From positions 1 through 59,200 of the forward strand of contig JAXDBQ010000020.1 in NCBI GenBank assembly GCA_034678605.1: a DNA stretch of 59,200 nucleotides, in the 5' to 3' direction. The DNA is from Patescibacteria group bacterium (GTDB lineage Bacteria > Patescibacteriota > Minisyncoccia > Minisyncoccales > UBA5738). Below the pieces are notes generated by a model. That model worked only from the letters and a program-made list of their open reading frames with translations. It was not told where the DNA came from and did no database searches. Of the stretch, positions 21,248 to 30,704 are shown in pieces. Each line of letters opens with the position of its first letter. Positions within the stretch are counted from its first letter, which is position 1. The translations under genes were made by a program, and so were the position numbers.

Positions 21248-21260
21248 CCAACCACCAACC

Positions 21261-22319
21261 ATGGCCAAAACACTCTCTCTGCAAGAGGAATACGACCAAA
21301 TAATCGATCAACTCGGCGACCCCGGGTTGATTTCGGATTGGGAAAAATTCGAGATTCTCAACAAAAAAAAATCTTATCTGGAAAAATTGATCGAAAGGGA
21401 AACCGAGATCCGCGACATCAAAAACAAAATCGAAGAAAACAAGCTGATCGCGCTCTCCGAAGAAGATCCGGAACTGATATCGTTGGCCGAAGTGGAGGTC
21501 GAGCAATTGAAAGCCCGCCAAGAAAATCTGGAAAACGAACTGCGAGAAACCATTAAAGCCGAAGCCAAACCGGCCGGCCCGGGAGCGATCGTGGTGGAAA
21601 TCCGCGCCGGCGCCGGCGGCCAGGAATCGGCGCTGTTTGCCGCCGACCTTTATCGCATGTATTCGCGCTTCGCCCAAAACCGCGGCTGGAAACAAAAAAC
21701 GCTGGACCAAAACCAAACCGAGATCGGCGGCTTCAAAGAAATAATTTTTGAATTAAAAGGCAAAGATGTTTGGAACGCCATGAAGCATGAAGGCGGCGTG
21801 CACCGCATCCAACGCATTCCCGAAACCGAAAAAAACGGTCGCGTGCACACTTCCACGGCCACGGTGGCGGTTTTGCCCAAGCCCCAAAAAAGCGAAATTT
21901 CCATCCGCCCCGACGAAATCGACGTCCAGTTTTGCCGGTCATCGGGGCCGGGCGGGCAATTCGTGAATAAACGGGAATCGGCGGTGCGCATCACCCACAA
22001 ACCCACGGGGTTGTCGGTATTTTCCCAAACCGAGCGCAACCAATTACAAAACCGCGAAAACGCCATGGCGCTTTTGGAATACCGCCTGCAAGAAAAAAAG
22101 ACCGCCGATGAAAACGCCGCTTTCGGCGGCGCCCGCAAAGAGCAAATCGGCTCGGCCGAACGATGCGAGAAAATCCGCACTTACAATGTGCCGCAAGACC
22201 GCGTCACCGACCATCGCGTCAAAAAAAACTGGCACGATCTTGAAAGCATCTTCAACGGCAACCTCGACGCCATCTCCCAAACCCTCCAAAACGAACTGGA
22301 ACCCCAAAGCCCGCAATAA
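21261..22319 (+). CDS. prfA: Peptide chain release factor 1
   Basis: EIRAGAGGQESALFA, EGGVHRIQRIPETE (PxT motif), GRVHTSTATVAV, GPGGQ, KIRTYN. Confidence 0.96.
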   Translation: MAKTLSLQEEYDQIIDQLGDPGLISDWEKFEILNKKKSYLEKLIERETEIRDIKNKIEENKLIALSEEDPELISLAEVEVEQLKARQENLENELRETIKAEAKPAGPGAIVVEIRAGAGGQESALFAADLYRMYSRFAQNRGWKQKTLDQNQTEIGGFKEIIFELKGKDVWNAMKHEGGVHRIQRIPETEKNGRVHTSTATVAVLPKPQKSEISIRPDEIDVQFCRSSGPGGQFVNKRESAVRITHKPTGLSVFSQTERNQLQNRENAMALLEYRLQEKKTADENAAFGGARKEQIGSAERCEKIRTYNVPQDRVTDHRVKKNWHDLESIFNGNLDAISQTLQNELEPQSPQ

Positions 22320-22333
22320 GCGGGCTTTTAAAA

Positions 22334-22999
22334 TTACTCAATCCCATTTAAAAAACTAATAAGAGGAGCGAGTTTTAACGAATTAAAATCAACGATATTA
22401 AGCAAATTCTGAATATAATTATCTGGATCCGGGGTTGCCCCGATTATTCTTACTCTTGACTTATCGACATTATTAATAGTCATCCCATTATCAATACCAT
22501 TTCTTGACAAACAGCCAATATATTGATCAATACATTCCCTTTTATTAGCAAATTGCGCTCTCGCACAACTCAAAATCAAACTTTCCAAAGATCCTTTATT
22601 TTTATTATCCGGAAACAAATATACTCCAAAATTTATTTTATTTTTAACCTTTTCGATTTTCCCCAATTTCGAAGGCAACGCAAAAATATCACCATTTCTG
22701 ATTATTTTTTGAATTTCTTTAAAACGTTTGCTCGCGCTTTCGTCAGCATCAATTATTAACAATAAGTTTTTTAACTTGCCCGTAGTTATAACTTCATCTT
22801 TCCCCGCAGACAAATATTTTAAATTATCCAAAACGCCTTCAACCGAACATTGTTTGTCATTTAAATCTTGCGTTCTTATTTCAAAGTTATTTCCTAGCAA
22901 CAACCCTCTTTCTGCGATTAATTTATCCAAAAATCTTTTATCTGCTCCGTGTTGTTTACTCTCAACAAGAATACAAGTTTCGGCATTTATTCCCGTCAT
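22334..22999 (-). CDS. DUF3226/TOPRIM-like partner of an ABC-type ATPase
   Basis: ILVESKQ (TOPRIM-like Glu), IIDAD (DxD), YLFPDNKNKGSLESLIL. 2 nt downstream of the ATPase gene; AT-rich. Confidence 0.65.
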   Translation of the reverse strand: MTGINAETCILVESKQHGADKRFLDKLIAERGLLLGNNFEIRTQDLNDKQCSVEGVLDNLKYLSAGKDEVITTGKLKNLLLIIDADESASKRFKEIQKIIRNGDIFALPSKLGKIEKVKNKINFGVYLFPDNKNKGSLESLILSCARAQFANKRECIDQYIGCLSRNGIDNGMTINNVDKSRVRIIGATPDPDNYIQNLLNIVDFNSLKLAPLISFLNGIE

Positions 23000-23001
23000 A
23001 A

Positions 23002-24102
23002 TTATCTTACTTCAATGTTACCAGACAAAACATAATCAAGCTCTTCGCTATTGTAAGAGACCACTGCAATTGTTTCATCTCTTCTTTCAACTCTAAAGAG
23101 GTTGATTTTATCAATAAAATTACCTTCTTTGGCAACTTTATATAAATTTTTTAACATTTCCAAAGAATGAGTGGTGGCAAAAATTTGTTGCCCTTTTTCG
23201 CTGGCGATTTTATTTATCGCGCGCCATAAAACTTGTTGCTTTGTTCGATAAAGACCATTTTCAATTTCATCAATCAACGCAATTCCATCCTCCGCGGATA
23301 GCGCGCTTAAAAAAATATTAAAGCTGTGCAAAATTCCATTGCCATATGTATTTAAACTCACTCTTCGCTCAAACCTGTCATCCCGAACAAATAATCTTTT
23401 TGAAGAATTTAATTCAATATCATTTATGAAAACGCCCATGTCTTTCAGGAAATCAATGATTTGTTTTTTGCCGTATTTTTCATTTACCTTATCAAATTTT
23501 AACCCAATCTCACTGTTATTGCCCGCAGTGGCGCTGTTAAAATAATTTCCAATCATTTTTTCATTATATTGCTTATCCGGTATAGATTTCACCTGCAACA
23601 TGGCAGGAGTCATATTTAACAATAATTCCGCGTCTCCTTGTCTTACGGCAGGCATTGAGAATTGCAACGATAATTCAATGCTTGTTGAATATTTTTCTTT
23701 ATTAACTTCAAAATCGACATTAAGCCCATTCATATTTCGCTCAATTTCACTGCTTGATTGAACATTTGTTTTATCATCTACCCGCTTTTCATTTGAAAAA
23801 ATCGGCGTGATAACCACCCTTTTGGATGTTTCATTTTTGGCCTCCAATTCAATTTTTTTATCAACATCAAAATTATTAAAATAAGACCGCCAAAAATTGG
23901 AATCTATCCTGTCTATATTTCTGAATAAATTAGATGCCACTATTAGTTGAGCGTTATTTGGATTCAGCAAAATATACAGCGCGTCCAATATCGTTGTTTT
24001 GCAAGATCCATTGTCACCGACAAAAATATTGATTTCTTTCAAATTATCAACTTTTATTTCTGATACCCCTCTAAAATTTTTAATTTTAAAACTTTTAAAC
24101 AT
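23002..24102 (-). CDS. ABC-type (AAA_15/AAA_21-like) ATPase
   Basis: KIKNFRG, FVGDNGSCKTT Walker A, YGNG signature, IALIDEIENGL Walker B/D-loop, FATTHS. Confidence 0.88.
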   Translation of the reverse strand: MFKSFKIKNFRGVSEIKVDNLKEINIFVGDNGSCKTTILDALYILLNPNNAQLIVASNLFRNIDRIDSNFWRSYFNNFDVDKKIELEAKNETSKRVVITPIFSNEKRVDDKTNVQSSSEIERNMNGLNVDFEVNKEKYSTSIELSLQFSMPAVRQGDAELLLNMTPAMLQVKSIPDKQYNEKMIGNYFNSATAGNNSEIGLKFDKVNEKYGKKQIIDFLKDMGVFINDIELNSSKRLFVRDDRFERRVSLNTYGNGILHSFNIFLSALSAEDGIALIDEIENGLYRTKQQVLWRAINKIASEKGQQIFATTHSLEMLKNLYKVAKEGNFIDKINLFRVERRDETIAVVSYNSEELDYVLSGNIEVR

Positions 24103-24161
24103 ATTATTGCGCGATAATCCTCCTATTTATTATCTACCATAAAACTAAAATAAATCAAAAA

Positions 24162-24191
24162 TTATTTGCCCTCTATGGCCACGATGTCGTC
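24162..24191 (-). pseudogene. Orphan duplicate of the transglycosylase gene 3' end (DDIVAIEGK*)
   Basis: 24/30 nt identical to 25150-25179 (DDIAAIEGR*). Confidence 0.7.
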
Positions 24192-24203
24192 TTTCCTTAA
24201 AAT

Positions 24204-24809
24204 TTAATTAGCAATATCGGGCAAATCTCTTAACTTTTTGCCTTTGTATTTGAAATAATCCGCCCCCGCATAAGCTCCGCTCGGATTCAATCCACCTCGC
24301 TGTTCATAAAGCTTGTATGTAAGCGGCGCCAATTTCCAAATTTGACCTTCATATTCCACTTCACGCTCACCAATAACTTTTACAGTTATTTTTTCATCAT
24401 CTTTAAAAAGAACCACATCGCCATTTTTCAATCCCTTTTTATAAAAACTAAACAACTCACCTCGCTTTCTAATTTTTGACACCTTATCAAATTCTTTTTC
24501 TTTATTTAGATTTTCCGGATAAATAACCTTACCCTCAAACGACAAAAGTAACTGTTTAACCAACCCATAGTCCAGCGCGAATAACTCGCTATCGCCCACT
24601 TGGTGTTTGTTAAAAATTTCTTTCAAAAGATTTTCCTTGTCTTCGTAATCTTCAATTTCAATCGCGAAGAATTTTCTTAACCCGGCCACATTATAGTAGC
24701 CGTTCGCTTCCAAATTTCGCATTCGTTCCTGGTAATTGTTTGTACCGGTTTTTCCTATTTTTATCAAACCCGAAACAGTAGTTGTCATTACATAAATAAC
24801 TCCTTTCAT
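24204..24809 (-). CDS. GIY-YIG (T5orf172-like) nuclease with C-terminal RAMA/DUF4357-like domain
   Basis: GVIYVM...LIKIGKT...RMRNL and a conserved E (EDKE). C-terminal WKLAPLT...GAYAGADYFKYKGKKL resembles RAMA. Confidence 0.75.
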   Translation of the reverse strand: MKGVIYVMTTTVSGLIKIGKTGTNNYQERMRNLEANGYYNVAGLRKFFAIEIEDYEDKENLLKEIFNKHQVGDSELFALDYGLVKQLLLSFEGKVIYPENLNKEKEFDKVSKIRKRGELFSFYKKGLKNGDVVLFKDDEKITVKVIGEREVEYEGQIWKLAPLTYKLYEQRGGLNPSGAYAGADYFKYKGKKLRDLPDIAN

Positions 24810-25149
24810 ATTTGTTTTAAATAATTGAATAAAATCTAATTCGAATTAATTTTAATTTTCAGCAGACTTTGGTGGTTTTGCGCCGCTCCATCGTTTCAAA
24901 ATTAACGTCGATTTGCTTTCTTTGATTTGAAAAATGGTTTTCCGATTTTAACAATTATTATTGACAATAAAATATATTTTGATAAAATTGATCTATTAAG
25001 ACGAAAAAGTCCCTGCGGTCTTCTGGCCAATGGTCCTTTTTTTATTTTAGCTCGATCAAATTCTTAACATTCAATTCAAATCGTATTTTACTATTTTTTA
25101 ATCTCTGTTTTTGTGCTAATGGCGCATCCGTCCTTTGGCGAACTGCTTT

Positions 25150-26613
25150 CTATCTCCCCTCTATCGCCGCGATATCGTCGGCATAGCCCTGGGCGATCTT
25201 GACCACATTGTCGCCGTAGAAGCGGTATTTGGTGTTCACGGTGCCGGCAAAATAGATCATGGCCGCCTTCCATTCGCCGGCGGTGGTTTGCGAGGTGGCG
25301 CCATAATCGGAAACATAAAGCGCCGTGGCCATAAACGCGTCATTGATATTCCAAGGATTGCCCGGCCGGCCCAAAATTGCTTGCAAGCGGCCGGCATAAA
25401 GTTTCCATGTGGACGGAATGAATTGCCCCGGCCCCATAGCGCCGCCATAGCCAAAGCTCATCGGGCAGGACACCCGCGTTTGGTGCGGATCTTTGCCTAG
25501 TGCGGCGGTAATCTCCAAGAACGGCCCCACGTCGCGCGTGGGTTTCATCACCCGGGACGTCGCCGCGCCGGTGCGGATATTGATCCCCGCGCCCGTGGTG
25601 TCGTTGGTCATGTAGCATTGCCCCACGTTTTTGCCCAAATTCGATTCCTGGGTCAAGATCGCCAGCAAAAATGCCGGCCGCACGCCCGTAGCCCCGCCCG
25701 CGGTCTTGGCGATTTGATAGGCCTGTTCAAAATTGGGGGCGTCGGAATCGGCCACGCCGGCCAACGAAAACAGCCGCTCTCTGATCTTTTGGATCACTTG
25801 CGCGGTTAATTTTTTGGCTTGGGTGGTTTGCGCCAATTCGGCGTCTTTCACTTTCAATGTCTTGTTATATTCGGCTTTGGCCTGTTCGTGTTCCTGCTTT
25901 TGCAGTTCTTTCATTTTGGTGGTTTTTTCCAAATCGCCCTTTTCATTTTCCAAGCCGATCTTTTGATCTTCCAATGATTGCTTGAGCCCTCTTATCTGGC
26001 GCAATATCTGGCCGGTCTTTTTGTTTAATTTTTTCAAATAAGCGGCGTTATCAAAAAAATTCGACAATTTCTTTTCTCCGGCCAATGTCTCGATCAGCGG
26101 CGTCTGGTCGGCGCGATCGATCGAGCGCAAAATCGCCGCCAAATATTGCTGTTCCTGGGCGATCTTGCTCGCGGTGGTTTCCACCGAGTCCTCGGTGTCG
26201 GAAATTTGCAATTTCAAATCGCCGATCATGGCATTGCTCTGTTTGATCTGCACCGACAACGAATCGGTTTTTTTCTTCAACGCCGCGATTTGATTTTGCA
26301 AAGATTTTTTTTCGGTCGAGGTCTTGGCGATATCGCTGTCATACGTCTTTAACAACGCCTCGTATTTGTCCAAAAGCGCCTGACAAGTCTCCTTGGTGAC
26401 GCACTCGCCGGTTTCGCCGTTTCCGTTGGCATCTTGCGCCAAAACCAAGCCGTCGCTTCCGGCTGCCAACGCCAAACCCAAAAATAAACTGCCGCATACC
26501 CAAGACATCGCGGCATTCCTGCGGAAAAGCTTGTTTCCCCGCCGCTCATCCCCGCGGCAAGCCGACGGGGTATCGCGACGGTTAAACAAAACAAAAATAA
26601 TTTTGATTTTCAT
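25150..26613 (-). CDS. Secreted coiled-coil (CwlO-like) plus lytic transglycosylase (SLT_2-like) peptidoglycan hydrolase
   Basis: Signal/TM segment, long heptad region, LLAILTQESNLG (catalytic Glu), GGAMGPGQFIPSTW, YAG...Y. Start uncertain (26613 or 26508). Confidence 0.85.
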   Translation of the reverse strand: MKIKIIFVLFNRRDTPSACRGDERRGNKLFRRNAAMSWVCGSLFLGLALAAGSDGLVLAQDANGNGETGECVTKETCQALLDKYEALLKTYDSDIAKTSTEKKSLQNQIAALKKKTDSLSVQIKQSNAMIGDLKLQISDTEDSVETTASKIAQEQQYLAAILRSIDRADQTPLIETLAGEKKLSNFFDNAAYLKKLNKKTGQILRQIRGLKQSLEDQKIGLENEKGDLEKTTKMKELQKQEHEQAKAEYNKTLKVKDAELAQTTQAKKLTAQVIQKIRERLFSLAGVADSDAPNFEQAYQIAKTAGGATGVRPAFLLAILTQESNLGKNVGQCYMTNDTTGAGINIRTGAATSRVMKPTRDVGPFLEITAALGKDPHQTRVSCPMSFGYGGAMGPGQFIPSTWKLYAGRLQAILGRPGNPWNINDAFMATALYVSDYGATSQTTAGEWKAAMIYFAGTVNTKYRFYGDNVVKIAQGYADDIAAIEGR

Positions 26614-26627
26614 AATTCCATTATACA

Positions 26628-26663
26628 AAACGCCCGCGGTTTGGCAACCGCGGGCGTTTTTGG
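26628..26663 (-). terminator. Intrinsic terminator after rplY
   Basis: AAAACGCCCGCGGTT-TGGC-AACCGCGGGCGTTTT. Confidence 0.8.
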
Positions 26664-26686
26664 AAAGACAAAACAAAAACAGAAAT

Positions 26687-27355
26687 CTATTTTTTGGCGG
26701 GCGCGGCTTCCTCCTCGGTTACCACGTCTTTTTCTTTTTTCTCCACTTGGGCCACTTCCTCAACGTTTTCTTCAATACTCTTGGCCAATTCCTCGACCAC
26801 ATTTTCGGCCGGAGAAACCAAAGCCACGATCTCTTCGGGATCCTTGAGCAATTCAACCTTATCGCTGATCGCCAAATCCTTCACCAAAATCGTATCGTCA
26901 AAAGTTTTCAATTTGGAAATATCAACTTTAATCTCGCGCGGCAAATCCGCGGGCAGGGCCTTGACGGTAATCTCGGAAAAATTTTTCACCAAAGTACCGC
27001 CCAGATCTTTCACCGCCGGCGATTCGCCCTCGAAAACCAGCGGAACTTCGGCCTCGATCTCCTTGTCCAGATCGGGCTGGTAAAAATCAATATGAATCAC
27101 TTTTCCATTCACCGGATCAACCGCGTAGTCATTAACCAAAACCTTGAAATCGGATTTTTGCCCCTCCACCTTGAGTGAAACCAGCGTGCTTTTGCCGGCA
27201 TCTTTGAACAATTTCACGAATTCTTTGGCGTCAACCGCCAAATTTTTGTTTTCGATTCCCGGGCCGTACAAAACCGCTGGAATCATTCCATCGTCGCGCA
27301 ATTCCTCAACTTCGCGGCCGATTTGCTCTCTTGACTTTGCCGAAAAATTCAACAT
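26687..27355 (-). CDS. rplY: 50S ribosomal protein L25/general stress protein Ctc
   Basis: IPAVLYGPG, IHIDFY, VPLVFEGESPAVK, LPREIKVDIS, acidic tail. Confidence 0.96.
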   Translation of the reverse strand: MLNFSAKSREQIGREVEELRDDGMIPAVLYGPGIENKNLAVDAKEFVKLFKDAGKSTLVSLKVEGQKSDFKVLVNDYAVDPVNGKVIHIDFYQPDLDKEIEAEVPLVFEGESPAVKDLGGTLVKNFSEITVKALPADLPREIKVDISKLKTFDDTILVKDLAISDKVELLKDPEEIVALVSPAENVVEELAKSIEENVEEVAQVEKKEKDVVTEEEAAPAKK

Positions 27356-27440
27356 AAATTTATTCCTTCTCCGCAGAAAGATTTTTAATTACAAAATATT
27401 AATTTCTTTGAATTACGAAACGCTTTGTATTTTGCATTTT

Positions 27441-27492
27441 GGGGTCTAACCCCGCGCTTATTCTCAATGAATAGGCGCGGCGGTTAGACCCC
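27441..27492. repeat. REP-like palindrome
   Basis: GGGGTCTAACCCCGCGC...GCGCGGCGGTTAGACCCC followed by GACAAAAGCAT. Confidence 0.78.
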
Positions 27493-27553
27493 GACAAAAG
27501 CATTTTAATTTATAGTTTCGTAATTCAAGATAATTTAAATTTTGGCCAACGAT

Positions 27554-27982
27554 CTACTTGACCTCGAAAACATTTGAATAAATGACCGATTCGGCCAAAA
27601 ACGGATCACCCGCCGCGCAATCGAAACAAATGTTTAGCTTCAAGCGATTCAACCCAACCTCCGCCTCATCCAGCGGCAAACGAAACTTTTTTATCCCGCC
27701 CGCCGGCACGCAATCGGAGGCCACTTCCGGATAAGGGCAATCGTCATATTCGAATTGCGCCCAATCGCCAGCGCCGTCGCGGCGTTCGACCAAATAAGGA
27801 TAGCACGAAGAAAAACAAACCGCCTTGCCGGTACCGTTTTTAACATTGATCGTTAACGGATCGCCCGGCATATAATTGTCGCGATCGGTGACGCCCTCCA
27901 CCGGCTTGGCGGAAAGCCAAAACCACAACAATGCCGCGCTCACGGCCAATAAAACCCCAACCAAAACTTTTTGTATTTTCAT
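27554..27982 (-). CDS. Hypothetical exported protein (beta-rich, Cys-containing)
   Basis: N-terminal signal/TM segment, six Cys, beta-strand-like pattern. Confidence 0.7.
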   Translation of the reverse strand: MKIQKVLVGVLLAVSAALLWFWLSAKPVEGVTDRDNYMPGDPLTINVKNGTGKAVCFSSCYPYLVERRDGAGDWAQFEYDDCPYPEVASDCVPAGGIKKFRLPLDEAEVGLNRLKLNICFDCAAGDPFLAESVIYSNVFEVK

Positions 27983-28021
27983 CAGGTTTTTATTTATATT
28001 ATATTTACAAATATTTAAGTG

Positions 28022-29122
28022 CTATGAATTGATTATAAATCTTTTTTCCAAATCTTTCAAGGTTTGCTCCAAATCGGTATATTTTAATTCGCCCATGCCC
28101 AGCATCGCCGGCCCAAAAAACCCCTGGCGCCGGATATCCTGCGCTTTTTGCGCGATTTGCGTCCGAATCAGATCCCAATAGGGTTGATCGAAGCAATCAA
28201 CCGCTTCGGTCAATTTGCCGCGATGAACGCTATAGGCCGCGGCGCTCACGATGGGCGGCCCGTCAAAAAACGATACTCCCGTGCCAAGTTTCACCGGCAG
28301 AAGCGGTCCATGGTGCGAGCCGCGCATAAAACCCGCCACCAAATGGCCGATCGAATACGGCGACAAAATTTCGCCCGACCCGGGAAATTCCTTTTGCGTG
28401 CGCGCGATCAGCACCGGATCATCCTTGCCCACATATTTTCCCGCGATATTGTGCAAGCGTGTAGTGCTGGCCGCCGCCGCTTGCTCACCAGTCGCCCGCG
28501 ACCAAATTCCGGCCACGCCAAACCGCTCCTGGTCGCGCAACAACACGGCCAGATCATAGATTTCTTCGGGCGATTTTAGATCGATCGTCTTTTCGCCGTC
28601 AACGCAATCCATGTCCATAATTCGAAACACATAACCTTGCCGGATCTTAGACGAGATCACCAAGCCCGAATTGTGCATCGGGTCGCAAAACGAAAGATAC
28701 AGCGGCAGATTGAACGCTCCCGGATCGGTTTTGTCGGCGGCGATCATTAAAAATGATTCGTTTTCCCGTTCTTCGAATTCCATTTCGGCCACCGCCGGCC
28801 CAAGACCCTTGCAAGTTCCCTTGAATTCAAGATTAAGCAGATCTTGCCCCGCGCCATACAACCCCTGGTCCTTGGCAACCTTCATCCCCGCGATAAACGC
28901 GTCCCAGCACAACCGATGCACCTTTTCATTGCCCGCGCCCAAGGCGTGCGTCATTAAAATCGCAATATCGTCGCCGGTAAAACTTATCCGCCAATCGATC
29001 AAAACGCCTTTGCTTTTAGACTTAACATGATCAGACACCGCTTCCAAAAGAGCCGCCGACGGCTTGATGTGCCCGCCGATCGCTCCCAGATCGGCCTTGA
29101 TCACGCTGATGGTAATTTTCAT
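28022..29122 (-). CDS. fbp: Bifunctional fructose-1,6-bisphosphate aldolase/phosphatase (class V, archaeal type)
   Basis: ISVIKADLGAIGGH, GDDIAILMTH, GLYGAGQDLL, ADKTDPGAFN, YVGKDDP (Schiff-base Lys), MRGSHHGPL. Confidence 0.93.
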   Translation of the reverse strand: MKITISVIKADLGAIGGHIKPSAALLEAVSDHVKSKSKGVLIDWRISFTGDDIAILMTHALGAGNEKVHRLCWDAFIAGMKVAKDQGLYGAGQDLLNLEFKGTCKGLGPAVAEMEFEERENESFLMIAADKTDPGAFNLPLYLSFCDPMHNSGLVISSKIRQGYVFRIMDMDCVDGEKTIDLKSPEEIYDLAVLLRDQERFGVAGIWSRATGEQAAAASTTRLHNIAGKYVGKDDPVLIARTQKEFPGSGEILSPYSIGHLVAGFMRGSHHGPLLPVKLGTGVSFFDGPPIVSAAAYSVHRGKLTEAVDCFDQPYWDLIRTQIAQKAQDIRRQGFFGPAMLGMGELKYTDLEQTLKDLEKRFIINS

Positions 29123-29189
29123 AAAGGTTTAAAATTAAACTTATAACTCCATCATACCAAATATACCAAAATTTTTCCATCTTGCCCCC

Positions 29190-29240
29190 TTATTTAATCG
29201 CCGCCAGCTGTTTTTGCAGTTCAAAAGTGAGCTGGATCAA
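29190..29240 (-). pseudogene. Orphan surface-protein C-terminal tail A (LIQLTFELQKQLAAIK*)
   Basis: Shares GAACTGCAAAAACAGCTGGCGGC (23 nt) with the end of 30705-33125; overlaps the AbiEii stop codon. Confidence 0.85.
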
Positions 29241-30013
29241 AATTGGAATGATTCGATATACGCTCTAAACATCGTGATTTTCTTGGCGTCCGCGCCGTTA
29301 ATAATAAACGGCGCCGCGTCTTTGGCCAATTCGTTAAAATTTAAATTTTTGGTTTTTGAAAGCAAGGTGTCTTTCAATTGTTTGCCGTTTTCAATCCCCA
29401 ATTTGGCGGATAAATATTGGTAGTTTGGCGGCGTGAGCGGTAAAAGGAAAACGATATCAAAAAAATCCCGCCCTTTGGCTCGTTTCCGGTTCAGCGCCGC
29501 GTAAATTTTTTGCGCCAGCGACAAGTCAATCGGCGCGACATTTACTTGGGTAAAAACATCAAATTTGTTAATGATCTTTAAGTCCTTTTTATAATCAAAA
29601 GCGTGCGGAACCGTGTCAACCTGGATCATAATTTTTTCCTCGCGCAAATCCGATAAATTATTATCAAATAAAATTTCGGGCATTTTGATGTAAGAACGAT
29701 ACGCTCCTTTGAAAACATTTTTGATTTCCACTTTGCAACCCTGGGCCTCCAACCCTCGCTTTATGCAATCCGCCAGCAAGGAAAAATCTTTTTCGTTGAT
29801 GCCGAAATCATCAAAATCCAAATCTTCGGAAAACCGGCTGTTGCCGTAAATCAGGCGCAAGGCCGTGCCGCCCAAAAACGCAAGCTTTTTGCCTTGCGGC
29901 GAATCAAAAACGATCTCCAATATTTTACATTGCAGATATTCCCTCAAAATGTTACGCTTGAAAACTCTTTCCGGCGGGGAATAATATTTTTCGATGTTAG
30001 ACAAACCAAGCAT
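29237..30013 (-). CDS. AbiEii-like nucleotidyltransferase toxin (type IV TA)
   Basis: LAFLGGTALRLIYGNSRFSEDLDF, KGRDFFDI. Confidence 0.92.
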   Translation of the reverse strand: MLGLSNIEKYYSPPERVFKRNILREYLQCKILEIVFDSPQGKKLAFLGGTALRLIYGNSRFSEDLDFDDFGINEKDFSLLADCIKRGLEAQGCKVEIKNVFKGAYRSYIKMPEILFDNNLSDLREEKIMIQVDTVPHAFDYKKDLKIINKFDVFTQVNVAPIDLSLAQKIYAALNRKRAKGRDFFDIVFLLPLTPPNYQYLSAKLGIENGKQLKDTLLSKTKNLNFNELAKDAAPFIINGADAKKITMFRAYIESFQF

Positions 30014-30620
30014 TGGTGTATTTCATTAAATTGCCGACCCGCTTGTTCAAAGATTTATTTTTGAAAGCCGCCAAAAATTTTTCCAATTTTTTTGTATCGG
30101 CTTTTTCTTTAAATCCAAGCGCGTTAAACCGCATACCGTCAAAATCAACGGCGTCTTTTATACCGGGATTTAAATAAAGATAATCAAGCGCCGCCTTTTC
30201 CATTTGCGCGATGGCATAATTTTGGCCGCGACACTCGCCCAAACCATAACCGAACATCAATTCCGGCTTGATATGCTTATAGATAAAATTTCCCACCGGC
30301 GTTTGAAAATTAGCGGTTTTGCGCGAAGTAACGCAAGTAATTCCATAAACCGCTTCGGGAATTAGATTATGCCAAGACAACGACATTTCCAGGGAAACAT
30401 ATGATGGCGCATAGATTTTATTGGCAATCAAAAACAAAGTTTTTTCATCAATCTGCAAATCGGAAAAAACATAATACCCTTGCCGTATTTTTTTGATATA
30501 TCCTTTTTTTTGCCATTCGCTCAATCTTTGATTGTGAAAAGACGGATCGATTTTTTCAATACCATTGATTGAAAAAACAATAAAATCCTTTAATTCGGTT
30601 TTAAGGTCAATATATTGCAT
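29997..30620 (-). CDS. AbiEi-like antitoxin / wHTH transcriptional regulator
   Basis: IKKIRQGYY, IYAPSYVSLEMSLSWHNLIPE, EKAALDYLY; overlaps the toxin start. Confidence 0.88.
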   Translation of the reverse strand: MQYIDLKTELKDFIVFSINGIEKIDPSFHNQRLSEWQKKGYIKKIRQGYYVFSDLQIDEKTLFLIANKIYAPSYVSLEMSLSWHNLIPEAVYGITCVTSRKTANFQTPVGNFIYKHIKPELMFGYGLGECRGQNYAIAQMEKAALDYLYLNPGIKDAVDFDGMRFNALGFKEKADTKKLEKFLAAFKNKSLNKRVGNLMKYTNAWFV

Positions 30621-30704
30621 TTTATTCTAATTTATTCCGTTTTTTAGGAATCCTTAAGAATATTATCCCAATTTTGCAACAATTTTGCAAGCCAAATTGT
30701 TATT

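Noticed and set aside
21261-22319. prfB with a programmed frameshift
   Set aside because: The ORF is continuous, has a PxT (PET) rather than SPF motif, and has no CTTTGA slip site, so it is RF1.
24810-24950. Pseudogene fragment upstream of the GIY-YIG gene
   Set aside because: The short open stretches have no motif I can assign.
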